Positions 12,962-26,067 of a stretch of 64,000 nucleotides of DNA are shown in pieces. This DNA comes from Podarcis vaucheri. Its lineage: Eukaryota. The notes under the pieces were generated by a model. The model made no database searches. It was not told the DNA's origin and worked only from the letters and a program-made list of their open reading frames with translations. The stretch's first letter is position 1. Every line of letters starts with the position of its first letter. The stretch lies in assembly GCA_965113315.1 (NCBI GenBank), contig OZ220370.1; one strand, 5' to 3'. A program made the translations under genes and the position numbers.

Positions 12962-13839
12962 ACAGTGGACTACCTGCCAGCCAGAATTTCCTATAGTCCT
13001 CGCATCTCTTTATCCTCAATTCAGGCAAGAAAGAGCCATTACTACAAATCAAGGAGATATTCCAGCCAAGCAAAATCACTCGAGGAGAGTGCACAGCAGG
13101 GCTGGTGAGGGATATGGTCTAGGGAGAACCCCGAGAGGCCTGCAGAACTTCATTCATGCCCCAGACCTGAAGTTCCCCAATCTACACCAAATATTACTTC
13201 CATGAGGGGGGAAACATGCAAGTGATGTTTTCTAGGTTACTTTAATTAGTTAGTTTATTTTAGTGTTTAGATCCTGAAAATTCAACAATAGTCCTAGTGC
13301 ACCAGTACATCTAGTTCATGTTCCGAGTAGAATTATCATTTTGTTTAGTATAGTATAACAGTAGCCACAAATAATATATTGTATATGCTCATCAGAGTAC
13401 ACAACTTAAAAAAAAGGCTAATTCCCAATCATAGATACAAGGATAAAAGTTCTTCTCTTTGAAGAATAAAATTTAAAACACCTGTTGTCTTAGCATACGA
13501 AGCCGAGTGAAGCTGCTCTGTATACTGTGCCAGATTTGGGTACAGGAGTATTAGAACCAGGAAGTTGTACAGCCATTTTTAATGAGCCTAAAGCCTAATT
13601 AAATATATACAGTACTGTTCATCACGGATTCTTTCAAGATTCTTCACTTCTGTCATAAATTGGGGGGTGTTTTGGGATCAGAGAGCTAATCTGAAGAAAT
13701 CAGGTGCACTGACTATAGTATTAGTTGTTTATTACAACATAAGCGAAAGTGAAAACCTTCACAAGTGCATTTCCCACATAAAAGAGCAATACACATGTAT
13801 ACATATAAATGTAAACTTATAAATGTGAGATCAACTTAC

Positions 13840-13876
13840 CTTGCGTAGCAATATAGTGGTTTGGCCTGTGATAACC
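13840..13876 (-). CDS. PTPRM: PTPRM exon (37 nt), D1 domain (YIATQG motif)
   Basis: Reads GYHRPNHYIATQ(G). Acceptor TTATTTCAG|, donor AAG|GTAAGT; phase 0 to 1. Confidence 0.96.
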
Positions 13877-16300
13877 CTGAAATAAATTTTTAAAAAGCGT
13901 TTTGTGTGAATCTTGCGCAATCTGTCACAGGAACAAGGCAAAAAACATAAACATAAATACACAGAAAGAAACCTACTAAGGGCAAAGGTTTCACCTTATG
14001 AATATGAGAAAAGCTGACAGGTGTAGCAGCTATAGCTGACAGGAGGCTTTTAAAGCTGTGTGTGATTAGGTAAGGAGTTACAGCTGCTGTATTCTAGAGG
14101 CTCCTGTTCTTTTCCAAGGAATTGGTCTAACCTAGTGACACCTGCAGGTAGCAGCAGCATTTGTTTAAAACCCTTTCACTTCTCAAAATTCCTGCAGCAT
14201 TGCAAGGCACAGCAGCTAAGGTCAAATGTTTAAGTTATCAGGGCAGCATATTATCCACTGAAAAACTGCTTTCCTGTAATCTGATTCTACATCACCCAGA
14301 TACTGTTTGGCACATCCAATCATCACATGGTTACTTGCCAGCCCAGTTCTGCTAACTGAGCAGCAGTAAAGGGAGAAATAATGTTGAAATCAGTGCTTCT
14401 CATCTGGTTATTACTACGGAACCACAAAGAACTATGGAACTTCTTCTGTGGCTACTGTTGGGCCTGGGTAATGCAAGAATTAGGCCTAAGCTCTAAACGA
14501 TTGGCCATTCCTTAAAGTAGGAACATAGGAAGCTGTTTTTTATCAAGTCAGACCACTGGCCTAACTGCTCCTTATTATCGATAATATGCTTTACCACTGA
14601 GCTGCGGCTCATCCATGAAATTTAAATGGCAAGAGCAAGAAAAGTAACTGTTACGTACAATTCTATAAGGATTGTATTACACTTGCCCATCAAGGATTAT
14701 TACGTTTACATTGCCTTTACATACACACTTCTAATGAAGCACAAAATTTATGTACAATTGCCACTGAAACTAATAGGATTTGCAGTTTTGGTGTACTTAA
14801 AAATTAAAAATGAATCCAAAAGAGAAACATTACAGGCAAAACTGCATACCAAGCTGTTAACAGTAGAAACTTCTTATCAGTATTAATAAAGTTAATGCTA
14901 AATCTTTTCCATCTTTAGACATCTATACCTTTAAAGCACATTCCCACCTCCTCAAAGAATTATGGGCACTGTAGTTTGTTAAGGGTTGCTGGGAATTGAA
15001 CTCTATGAGGAGTTAGCTATAGTGTCCACAATTCTTTGAGGGGAAAAGTGTTTTGAATGTGCTTTAATAGTTGTTTGTGACTGGGGGAAAATTCCATTTT
15101 GTTGGACTAAGAATGGTTTGCTCAGCTCTAACTTGAAAACAACAAGAAGAATTCAGTCCTGTGCATTAGGATTCTTCCATCAGTTGAAGCATTTTTGCTT
15201 GCCAGGTGGAATGATCTCCCCTCTGCTCCCCGTGTGTGCTATTCTGGGGGATCTTAAGTTTCGATTTAAAGCTAAATTAACCACTATTTAGAAGCATTTA
15301 GTTTACAGCATGGCAAAACACACACTCCTTAACGCTGAGACTGCCAAATAAGATGTGCAATTTGCTTGTTGAAATTCTTGCAGGGTAAAAAAATGCAATA
15401 AACAAACAAACAAATAAACTAGTTTTAATTAACTGAGAAAGAAATGATCTAAATTCACTTTTGTCATAGTAATTGGGAAATTGTGCATATAAGGTATTGG
15501 CAGCTTTGTCACAAGGTGTCACTAATGAAGATAAAAGCAATGTTGATATCAATTAAGATGACTAGGTTGTTCTGAGTTACTAAACATTAATGTTATGTGT
15601 GAACATGAAAATTACTGATTTTCTTTGCAGACTTAGTACTTAAAATGGCATTGACTCTTCCTTGATTTCCAGCTCTACTTTTGATTTCATTCTTTCTATG
15701 CCCCCCAAATGCTGTCTCTTAAAGAATTTATTCTAATGTAAAACATTAAGTTAACATGATGCAGAATGAACAAAGAAGCAGTCTTCAATAATTAAACAGC
15801 ATACATATTTAATGAACTGTCTTGCTTGCATTAGAAGTCCTGGTTAACAGATGCAGTCTATACTTTGAAGGCTGCTTAAAAGTGCCGAGATGACAAGAGA
15901 TTGCAAGCCACTGCATTAGGAATTATAGAGTTTTGTCACATTAATATGCAAACAGCCCCCCTTTAAAAATTGAATCATGCCAAGTTGTTGACAGAAAATG
16001 AAAATAACATGTCTTTGGTCCCCCATAAATTTCAGGAGGAAAAGTAGCCAGATAAAATTACTGGCAAGTCTCCACTCCAATACATGGCAATTTTAGGAAA
16101 TGTCTGATTTTATTTTCTTATTAGCAATCTTTGGTCGTTTTAATCTCAACTCTAGCATACAAGAGGGGGTCTCCAGATTGGTTTCTCACAGAATTTAACA
16201 GCTGGCATCCTGATTGCATGCAACATCATTTGAAATATCAAATGAAAGTCTTTCCTTAAAATAATACTGTTAAATTTCTTGTCTAGATGAGTATACATAC

Positions 16301-16377
16301 ATCGATATAATTTCCATTGATGTAGTCAGAGTTTAAGTCCCCTTCAATGGGCTGCAGCCTAACTCGAGAATGATCAT
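16301..16377 (-). CDS. PTPRM: PTPRM exon (77 nt), D1 domain (DHSRV, DYING motifs)
   Basis: Reads (Y)DHSRVRLQPIEGDLNSDYINGNYID. Acceptor TATTTCAG|, donor GAT|GTATGT; phase 1 to 0. Confidence 0.97.
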
Positions 16378-17074
16378 CTGAAATAGAACACATAACACAT
16401 GCATTAAGGAATTTGTATTCTACTCAATACTCATCAAATAACAGTCAACATCAAATAGTCACATGGATAATAGAAGGAACACAAGATGACAAGATACATT
16501 GTCCCCTCACAATGCTATGATTACTTTAAAAAAACATAAAAAGAAAACAAGTCAGTTGGCCCCGTCCTCAGGGGTAGAATAAAACCTGAAATAAACTTCC
16601 ATCCAAAAATCTTTATGGTTTTCAGTGTTCCTCCCCTAACAGTGTTTTCGTAAACAAAGTTCAGACTGAAATGCAATATTAGTGATGATTTTGAGTTGGC
16701 ACGACTTTCATGCACTCCTTATTACAAACCATTTCTTCCCAATTCTTAGTCTTTGTGTGATGCAAATCAGTCATAGGCTTGCTGTTTGTGGACCACAACA
16801 TTTTCTTCCTGGATCGGTTGCCAAGTGCAAAGACATTTGAAAGCCTTCTGAATTAGAACTCAACTCCTTATGTTATCTCCGTGGAGGCTGTCCTCTGCGT
16901 TCCAAGCAGAAGAATGAATAGTTAGGATGCAAAAGGAAACAGGTAACACCATGGAATAATGTGTATTGCTCGGTTTGTGGTTGTTCGTGTTACTGAGATG
17001 TTTCAGTCAAGATGTTAATACACAGTCACAATGTTACATTCCAGTTTCCATGTGAAAGGCTGCTTGAAGGCTTC

Positions 17075-17397
17075 AGCATAAAATAGCACTCATGGGGGCT
17101 GAGCTCTTTGGGCCACACCTCCAATATTTTTGGGGAGGGGGTGGGCTCCCCAATGTCCTAAAAATTAGGGAGTCGAGGAGGCCATCAGCGGCCAGCTCCT
17201 TCTCCGCCTCCAACCTGCCATGGAGAGAAAAGAGGCTCAAAGCAGTCCGCCGCTGGTGGCAGTGGTAAGAGGAGGAGGGGGAAGCTGTGCTGCCGCCATG
17301 TTTAGGTCCTCCGTCAGCTCCTCCCAATGTCCTGACATCACATGTGTGATACACCACCACCCCGCACCAAACTGCTCTCAACAAACTGGCGCCTCTG
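17075..17397. mobile_element. GC-rich MITE-like insertion, probably hAT
   Basis: Sharp GC-rich island ending AACTGGCGCCTCTG; left terminus and TSD not resolved. Confidence 0.4.
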
Positions 17398-18905
17398 ATC
17401 ACCTGTACCATGTGGAGACTTTCCATGAAACTACCCATGATACAGAAACCTTTCAATTGACTTCCGGCATGATGGCAATCAGGTCAGAATCTACTCTGAA
17501 TGCTGGTGGAGAATGACAGAGCACGTGCACAGCGACACTTACATGCACCTAGCAACATTTCTACCTTCCATTAATTCAGTGCAACTCACTTTAATTTGAT
17601 ATCCACCACAGTAAATTTTCCACTATTATACGTGTCATGGTATTGGAGTTGACCTGAAAACGTACTTCAGATCACTGTAGGTTTATGGGCCATGGAATAA
17701 AATCGCTCTCTGTAGGAATATGAAAGGGGTTTCTGTATTATCACAGAAATAAATTACCTGGAAGTGTCAATGTGATTAGGTGTGCAGTTGTAATTTAGAT
17801 AGGGAAACTTACTGATCACCCACCAGCTGAATATTACTATACTTTCACATTACAATTATAATTTAGATTCAAAATACAATTCAAATTTAAATAATAAAAA
17901 ATAAAAATCAATTACTCACAGGTTTACCAGGCCAGAAAGATTATACAAAGAAGGTAAGTATTAAGAAACTCTGGGGGGAAAGTGAGCTACCTGTACTCTG
18001 AAAATCAGCGGTTTTACTCTGCAGTTAGGGAGGCTACTTAGAGTAACTAGATTCATTCTCTCTGGAGTTGGAGAATGAATAAACAAGCAACCTTTACTCT
18101 ACTTTTTCCTCTTCACTTGTCACCACTTTCTGAACAAATAGTAACTTGTTAAAGTAAGAAGAAATATAGTGTTGTTTTAAAACAGGAATACCCAACATGT
18201 TGCACTTCCAATTTTCTGGACAACAACTCCATCATGCCTGAAAATTGGACATACTGGCTGGAACTGATGGGAACTGTAGTGTGAAACATCAAGACAGCAC
18301 CACCCTGGCTACCCGTTCTGAATCATTGCATTGTTGTTGTTGTTTTGCTTCCCCACCCCTCTTAGCTTCAACCTCTGTTGAAAATGCAAGACATAAACTA
18401 CCTAAACAAACCAACAAATCAACATCAGGGCAGCATCTCTGGAATATATTCTGTATGTCTGTTTCCACGGGTGTCTCTCTGGATGCATTACAAATACTCA
18501 TGATACTACTTTTAAATGACTGATTAACTGTGGAAATTGGAAGAGTACGTCTTACAGGAAAGATTATTTCCCTTAATGCATTCTGCAAAACCCTCAAGCA
18601 CATCAGTAATATGATACCTTGGAAAGCAGAAAGATAAAATTATGGAATTCCACCTGGTTTTGGTTGTGTTTTAAAAAAAGTCCATGTCGCTCTCAGATTG
18701 TGATTAAATGCTATTCCTTAAAATGGTGTTTGTGCTCTCATGGCCAAATTCACAAGGCATGTTTAACTTATGTTCAATTGGAATGAAAGGAGGATTGTGT
18801 CATGGGAAGTTTATTTCAAGACTAAACAGTTTGCCCTCTTGTATGCCCCTCTGTAAGTAGGTTCTTCTGGAAAAACTCACGACATGTGCACAACTCTTTG
18901 GAATA

Positions 18906-19159
18906 CAGTCATAACTCGGGTTGAATGTGCTTCAGGTTGAGTGCTTTTGGGTTGCGCTCCGCAGCAACCCGCAAGTAACAGAGCGTGTTACTTCCAGGCT
19001 TTGCCGCTCGCGCGTGCGCTCAAAATGGCGTCACGTGCATGCGCGGAAGCGGCAAAATGCGACCCGCGCATGCGCAGACATGTCGTTGTATCTTACGTTC
19101 CATTCAGAATGCGAACGGGGCTCCGGAAAGCATCCTGTTCGCATCCCGAGGTACCACTG
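18906..19159. mobile_element. Tigger-like MITE, CpG-rich subfamily
   Basis: TA|CAGTCATAACTCGGG ... CCCGAGGTACCACTG|TA; same TIR class as the 242-bp family but a different interior. Confidence 0.85.
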
Positions 19160-21365
19160 TACTGCCTTAGTTGTCTACTAAACAATCCTGCAGAAATATG
19201 TTGACTCTTTGTTAGCTGTACTAGCTCTGTCAGACAAACAGGAATATGTAAATGCCTTTTTGCTAGAGCAAGCACATACGACTTTGAATGCATTACGGTA
19301 GTGGTTACTTTCTAGAGGAAACTAGATTGTAACAGGCATCTTGTGGAAATTCATATTTTCTTTACTATGCGAGTCTGTATTTTTGAATAACTATAGCAGA
19401 GGACTCAAAGAGCCCGAACCTGATGGTACAAAAGCTTCTTATTTTCCAATCCTTATGGGGAAATGGATGGTGCATATTTACTGCACCCTTTAGGAGGGCA
19501 GGAAGTAAAGAGCTGTTTTATGGTGCTTTACAGTGGATTTAGATTCCATTACTGAATATGCGTAGTGATAAAAGGATGTGATGCTGCTGATATTAAAATA
19601 TTTTACCTCTGTATCGCTATACCAAAGCCATTTTGACAGTAACAAGTTGCAGCGTATAGTTATTAGAATGCTGGATATTGTTACAAGTTTGTGAAAGCGC
19701 CTATCACTTTGGTTTTATGTAAGAGGATGGTCGATAAAACAAGCTTAATGTACCTAAATTGTTCCAAATCTTTCTCCAGCCGTTACACTGGTGGGAAGCT
19801 AGGAAATATTTTGCTAAGAGACAAACTTCTGCAGCTTCAGGGGAGGTACCTGAAGGGAGTCCATGCTGAAGGTCTCTGGGGATATGATGCAGTTAGCAAT
19901 TGTAGTGTCTGCTTTAGGCATTTGGCCACTTCCAATATTGCTTTTATTTTTTTAAAATAGATATTCGAATGATAATATGAGCCACTTTAATTAATAGGAA
20001 ACAAATCCAACTGCTCTGGAACGTTGGCTGAGCTGCTTCTTTGCATTCAATTTGTTCAGCTATTCTTTAAACTAAGGCACAGACATGGTAAGAGGGATGG
20101 ATGTCACATGCCTGCTCTTTGCACTACAATAATGGTGCCAAGAAAAAGGGCAGTTTTGAAAGCTTCCTTGGTAAGAATTCTTTCTTTACACCTTCTCAGA
20201 AGTGTCTCTTCCTTGCAAGCAAATGCCTCATTCAACATACCCTTCTTCTATTCACTACATAATATGCCCTCCTGTAAATGTACCCAGTGTCAGCTAATGC
20301 GTATTTGTCAAAATCCATTACCCTATTTTAGCAAACGTTCCACACTTGTATAACCCTTATTCTTTAATGGTTCTACTTTTAAGTCAAGAGACCTTCAGAT
20401 AAGAGGATGGCAAAGCCATTAAATGCTTTCCTCATAGTGAACATGAACCTTCGCTAGAGGCCGTCTTCAAAAGGGCGAATGCTTATTATTTAGTGTCATC
20501 ATTTACCTATCTGTGTGATTAATTAAAACTCTGATCCAGTAGGAAATGAAGACTGCAATCCTACACACACTTACCTAGAAGAAAGTTCTGTAATACTTGT
20601 GGGGAAAGTGTCATGAATGGCTGTAAGCCACATGAGGAAATGGGGTCACAGACTATTTTAATTACATAAAATGTGATGCTCAACTCTCTTTGGACGTCTT
20701 TAGTTTTACTGACTAAAGGAGCATATTTTAAGCAACATGTGTCTGAAGCTAGTGTAACTGGCATTGGGCTGTAGATGTAGCAGTTTGTAGACAATATATT
20801 TTAAACAAAAACAATACCATCATTGCTTACTTGATATTTACACAAACCTTCAGCCACAGTGGACACAATCCAGCAAATGTTAGGCATTTCTGAGAGCCAA
20901 ACTAAATGTGCAGGCAGTTTCACATACAAATAGGAATGAGATGGTCTGCTTATGAGTTCAAGGGTGGGAACTAAAACCCAACCTCCTCTCCTGCCTTGTG
21001 TTGCTGTACTCTATTTAAGTAGTTTCTCCTTAGCTGCCTCCAGTATGAGACATGAGCTGGGCACTGAGAAGTTTGCTTCAAACCTACAGAGCACAGTGTT
21101 ATAGATAAGGGAGGGGTTGATTTTCCCCTCCTCCCCATATGCTTTTTTTAAAGAAGACATGTGTAGACCCTCCCCTCCTTCATTTCATGTGCTTAATAGA
21201 CACACATCTGCCGCACATGTCTACTTTGGTTCTCAAAGTCCCACTGAAATAAATGGAAATCAAGTGTACCACTAACACTTAAATGGGAGCTAGGTGTGTT
21301 TCGCTTTCACAGCATTGCGCTCCCCACTTCTGTATGGAAACATTATGGTTGAAGCATTACGTATA

Positions 21366-21491
21366 AAAACATCACAGCTGAAATATGAGACAAGTTATTA
21401 TATGTGTACTTATCAACAGTACTGATTCCACATCAATAATCAGTAATGTAGTACTGTAACAACCTGTCTCATATTTCAACTGTAATGTTTT
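21366..21491. repeat. 126-bp imperfect inverted repeat
   Basis: 37-nt arms 21366-21402 and 21455-21491 are complementary at 32/37 positions; inner TACTGATT/AATCAGTA pair. Confidence 0.9.
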
Positions 21492-22051
21492 CAGGACAGG
21501 GGACCATATTTCAATTTCCTTTTTTCCCATTGTGCTACTGTAGGAGGATCCTAGACCCTAGAGAATAAAATATATCATTATTAAATATAGCTTGGTTCTA
21601 TCCTTCCTCTGAGGAGCTCAAGGTCACCAGCCTGGGTGCCATGGCTAAGATACAAGGTAAAATCCTTTCCTGCAGTCCAACACTAATCACTATTCCACAC
21701 TGGATCTCTCGCCAATTCTGTTCTGAAGTCTTTAAGCTATTAAAGTACTTACTTCTCCCATATTCTTTAATTATGGTGGCTGGAGCTCAGTTTTTTACTC
21801 CACACAAATAGATGGTAATTGTTTTATTGATTTGTTAATTACTTTGTATAGTTTATGCTGCATTTGTGATGTTCTATTATGTTCTGGTTATTTATTATTT
21901 GTAAGCCGCTTTGGGATTCATTTGAATGAAAAGCGGCAAAGAAATACAATAAACGAAGTCAACACAAATCAAACATATAGAGGTGGGCAGCGTTGTCAAG
22001 TTGCTAAAAGGAAATTTACACAGAGGTACAACTACACTTGTCAACACTTAC

Positions 22052-22139
22052 ATGCAATGATATTCCCATATCTATTCTTCATTCGGTTCTCATCTTTTTT
22101 AGCTGAGTCCCAAGGTGCAGACTGTCCTTCAAAGAAACT
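22052..22139 (-). CDS. PTPRM: PTPRM exon (88 nt), start of D1 phosphatase domain (KNRY motif)
   Basis: Reads [29 protein letters not shown](Y). Acceptor TTTTTAACAG|, donor AT|GTAAGT; phase 0 to 1. Confidence 0.97.
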
Positions 22140-22769
22140 CTGTTAAAAAGAAACAGGGGAAGCAAAAACAACACTAAGCGAAAGAATATGTAGTAGAACA
22201 AACACTGAAGATAACACAGAAAGACACAAGGAGAAAATACCACAGCAACGTGCAAAACACGTAAAGACTGAACTGTAGTTATTGTTTGTTCCTTTGCTTG
22301 TTACTTATAAGTAATTTCATGAGCAGTTATGAAAACATTGTTCTTTTTAAAATAAACGAAGGATCAATAGATTTAGAAGATAAGGCTGAAGCATAGTACA
22401 GTCGAGTATTAGCAGAGATAGGATGAGCCGGACATTCAGAATAATGACAGCAAAAAAGAAGTGAAAGGTTTTTAAGAATCATCCTGAAACTTTTAGAGGT
22501 CATTTCCATTACAGCAAGAGTCAAAAGTTTATCCTGCTCTGATTATCATGGATCAGTGAGGCTCAATATGGTGTTTAAACTTTCAGAATACACAGTCAAC
22601 TGAAGGTATGAAATACTCTTTCAATACCCCGGACACACGTGTGGCTTCTTCAGATTTAAAGGTCTGTATACACACATTTAAAGTGCATGGCTTCCCCCCA
22701 AGAATCCTTGAAATGTAGTTTGTTATGGGTGTTAGGAATTGTAGCTTTGTGGGGGGTAAGTTTTTAATA

Positions 22770-22890
22770 TTTGATGAATTACTGTATTTTAATCTTTTGT
22801 TGGAAGCCGCCCAGAGTGGCTGGGGAAACCCAGCCAGATGGGAAGGAAGGAAGGAATGAGGGAAAGAATAAACAAACAAACAAACAAACA
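22770..22890 (+). mobile_element. L2-like 3' tail with simple-repeat end, nested in an older MITE
   Basis: TTGTTGGAAGCCGCCCAGAGTGGCTGGGGAAACCCAGCCAGATGGG then (GGAA)n/(AAAC)n; the host repeat resumes at AAACTATAGTT (22891). Confidence 0.65.
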
Positions 22891-25800
22891 AACTATAGTT
22901 GCTAAGATGGGGTGGGGAGTCATGTGCTTTAGATATGTTTTTATGTATGGTGTGTATGCAGTCCATGAGAAAGGAGCATCATTCATTTATTCCATATTGT
23001 TCACTGGATCATTAAGGTTGGGACAACTTGTCATGACTGGATTTCTCTTTAAAAGGACAGAACTCCATTATGCAGCCTAAATAAGGGGGACCCAATAAGA
23101 CGCGATTTAGTTATAAAGGCTTTCCACTGAAGAAAAGACTTTTATAGCTAATGGCACTTGGCTAAATGGCTTTTCCTTAGGCAATACCTCTTTGCATGCA
23201 ATTCATGTCCACATTTGTTTTGTTAAAATCATTATTTACAATACCTCATAAGATTATTGAATTTCCAGGAAGGGGAAAATGTTTTCATCATGCAGATAAC
23301 CTGGTTCAATATTTGCTTAACCATAGCACTGTATTATTTAATCAGGTTTATTTAAGAATTAATTCATTTGGGTTAGGAGTGCACATTCACTGGTCAACTA
23401 GGGATGAAAGTAGGCAGATAGATTTCCATCCCAGGCTGTATTTGTCCCAAGCAGAGGCGTTTCTCTTCCGCTACAGCTTGGCTTTCACTACAACCCACAT
23501 TGCTTGTCTCCTATCTGCTATATGGCCAGATCTAATGTAAATAATGATGTAATTGATTTCAGTGCATCTCAATGGAAAAGGGACAACTAAAACAATCCAG
23601 AAAACACTGTAAATATTTACATGATGTTTGTGGGCTAAAAAAACAAACAACAAAGGCAGAAGATACTACTTGTCTTTGCTTGCATGATTTCCATTCCTGA
23701 CCTCCGACGAAAATGAGAATGGCAGCAATTCCCACTCTCGTTTCCCTTTCTGATGGAATTATCTGACATCCCTGGTTAGAGTTCCGTTGCCATAGGGATT
23801 TGTGTGTGGCAGAAATGGTTTGTGCCTGCTTGGCCCCATTACCTGCCCTACCTGTGCTCAGCATAACTTATGAAAGAGCCTGTATGTCTGGGCGTAGGCT
23901 CTGTACATAGAACTGGGGGCATACAGTGTTCCCATGTGTACAATTTGTTGGTATGAAGGCTGTTTCAGAATGGATGCCAAAAGCACCAAGGACAGCGGTC
24001 ATGAACCTGCACCTTCCTATGTATACTCACTCTCCTCAGAAATAATAATCCTTCATTGTGAATAATATTTTCTCTAGTAAATACAACAGCAATTGTCTGA
24101 TTCTGAATGCATAAGTGGTATCTTTAGGCCTGTGAGTGCTGTAGGAAACAGCTTCCATTTCTCTGCCTCTCTCTCTCTCTCCCTGACCTGCCATCCACCA
24201 ATATAAATGCTCAGTCTCCCCTAATAAAACTTATGAACAGGACTTAAAACCCTTATAAGATAAAGTTAAAAATTTGAATAGAAAGAACATCCTTCTCTAT
24301 TTAACTATAAGTACTTTAAGAATAATTTTCACAAAAACCAATTTAAATTTTAGAGACATCTAGCAGCCTCTTCTCCTTTTAAATTCTAATGCCGGGTCTT
24401 ACAAAAGGGAAGATTTCTATATGAGGCTTATTCTGTATTAATATGAAGAATGTACGAAGAACAACAACTCAAATTCAACTGTAGCAACACACTCCTTGGC
24501 ACTATAGTTAACTGTAACAAAGTAAATTGTCTTTCAGATTTATCTCTAAAACAATGAACCTCTAGAGTGAGCAGATAAGTTTTTATAATTCTCCTCTTAT
24601 TCAAAGAATTCCCTAGGTTCAATATACACATTTATGATATAATTAATGTACAAGGTGTGTGTGTGTGTATCTAAAATTTACATTTGTTCTCAAGCTGCAG
24701 TCCCCCTCCCCACTTCCTGCAATAAAAATGGTTTCAGGAGGGTTGAACAAATGCTTTCGCTGAAATGTATGTGGCATTTTCACAAATAAACCCCAATTTC
24801 ATTCTTTATAGTATGTAATTAAAGTGTTGTTTCTGACTATATCTCATATATTCTGCAGCAAGTCAGTGAACCATGGAAACACTCATAATAGTAGAACGTC
24901 TATAATACAATAAAATGAAACCACTCCATGAATATCAACTACTTTGCATTTTCAGAACTATTTCTGAATACTGTGTATAAGGAAATTGAACATTTCACAA
25001 ACAAGCATATATTTTTCCTAAGCAAAACACATGCCTTGTGATTCTAAAACCTTCTCTAGATCAACCTTCCTTCATCAATTTCTGAAAGATATAATTACAT
25101 GTCCCAATTGGACAACTCAGGAGACTGCAAGTACAAAATGGCAACAAGATATTTAAAATGAGAACTCCCTATTCCCATAAATAGATATATTATTACCCAG
25201 AAGGGTACCGATGCCAGAGTTATACATCATGTGCTGTAGGTTTGCCATGCAGTATGGATACAAGTTTTAGAGTTTTGCTTGTCTTTTACAATTCTACTCC
25301 ATAATACACAATGAAAGTGAGTCCACAATAATAAAATGGAATACCAGAACTTGTCGCATCATAATTCATGGCTAGCTTATACATTTGGCAGAATCAAGGG
25401 GTAAAGCTATTCTCAGACTGTACCATGTGAAACTGCAGGTGGGGGATTCCAGGATAAATACTACTCCATAAAATTATTCACTGAAAATAGAAAACTAGTA
25501 TACCTGAGAGCTGATTTCAGTTTTCTCCATGAGAAAGTATTATTCAAACATGTTTTCCTGCAGCTTAAAATGGTATAACCTGAGAACTGGACTCTGCTGA
25601 ATGTAAAAAAAATGGGCCCTTAGAAATGTTTCGGCTTTTGACTCTCTTTCTCTCTCTCTCTTTTTCAGACAGTTTCACTACTAACATCTTAAATTAAGAA
25701 ACTACAGATAAAGCCTTAAACTACCATTATAGAATCTGAAGCTGTACAGATCCTAAGTTCTCTATATTAAAACTGTCAGGCACCCTAAGCATAGTTTCCC

Positions 25801-25931
25801 ATGCAAACCATCATTTTAAGGATGCTTTGGCAAGTTCCAGCTGAAAAAAAGCCCTGAAGACATGCCCATTGTGCACAACAGTTGCACAAGTATCAAACAA
25901 AAATGGTATCTGTGCAGGCAAGGTTTTAGAC

Positions 25932-26067
25932 CAGGCATAGGCAAACTCGGCCCTCCAGATGTTTTGGGACTACAACTCCCATCATCCCTGACCACTGGCC
26001 CTGTTAGCTAGGGATGATGGGAGTTGTTGTCCCAAAACATCTGGAGGGCCGCGTTTGCCTATGCCTG
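25932..26067. mobile_element. 136-bp palindromic hAT MITE
   Basis: Perfect TIRs CAGGCATAGGCAAAC / GTTTGCCTATGCCTG; perfect TSD TTTTAGAC; same length and interior as 4956-5091, in the opposite orientation. Confidence 0.92.

Noticed and set aside
12485-13108. 207-aa ORF, the longest in the track
   Set aside because: It spans a GC-rich hAT MITE with TSDs and has no recognisable domain; the open frame is explained by low stop density.
13482-13517. Possible in-frame 36-nt minus-strand exon (EQLHSASYAKTT)
   Set aside because: Weak donor (GTGTTT) and no pyrimidine tract; it would split the conserved YIATQGP motif. Likely chance.
13877-16300. Searched for a PTPRK-like IWLYRD mini-exon between the 77- and 37-nt exons
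   Set aside because: No matching sequence with splice sites seen by eye.
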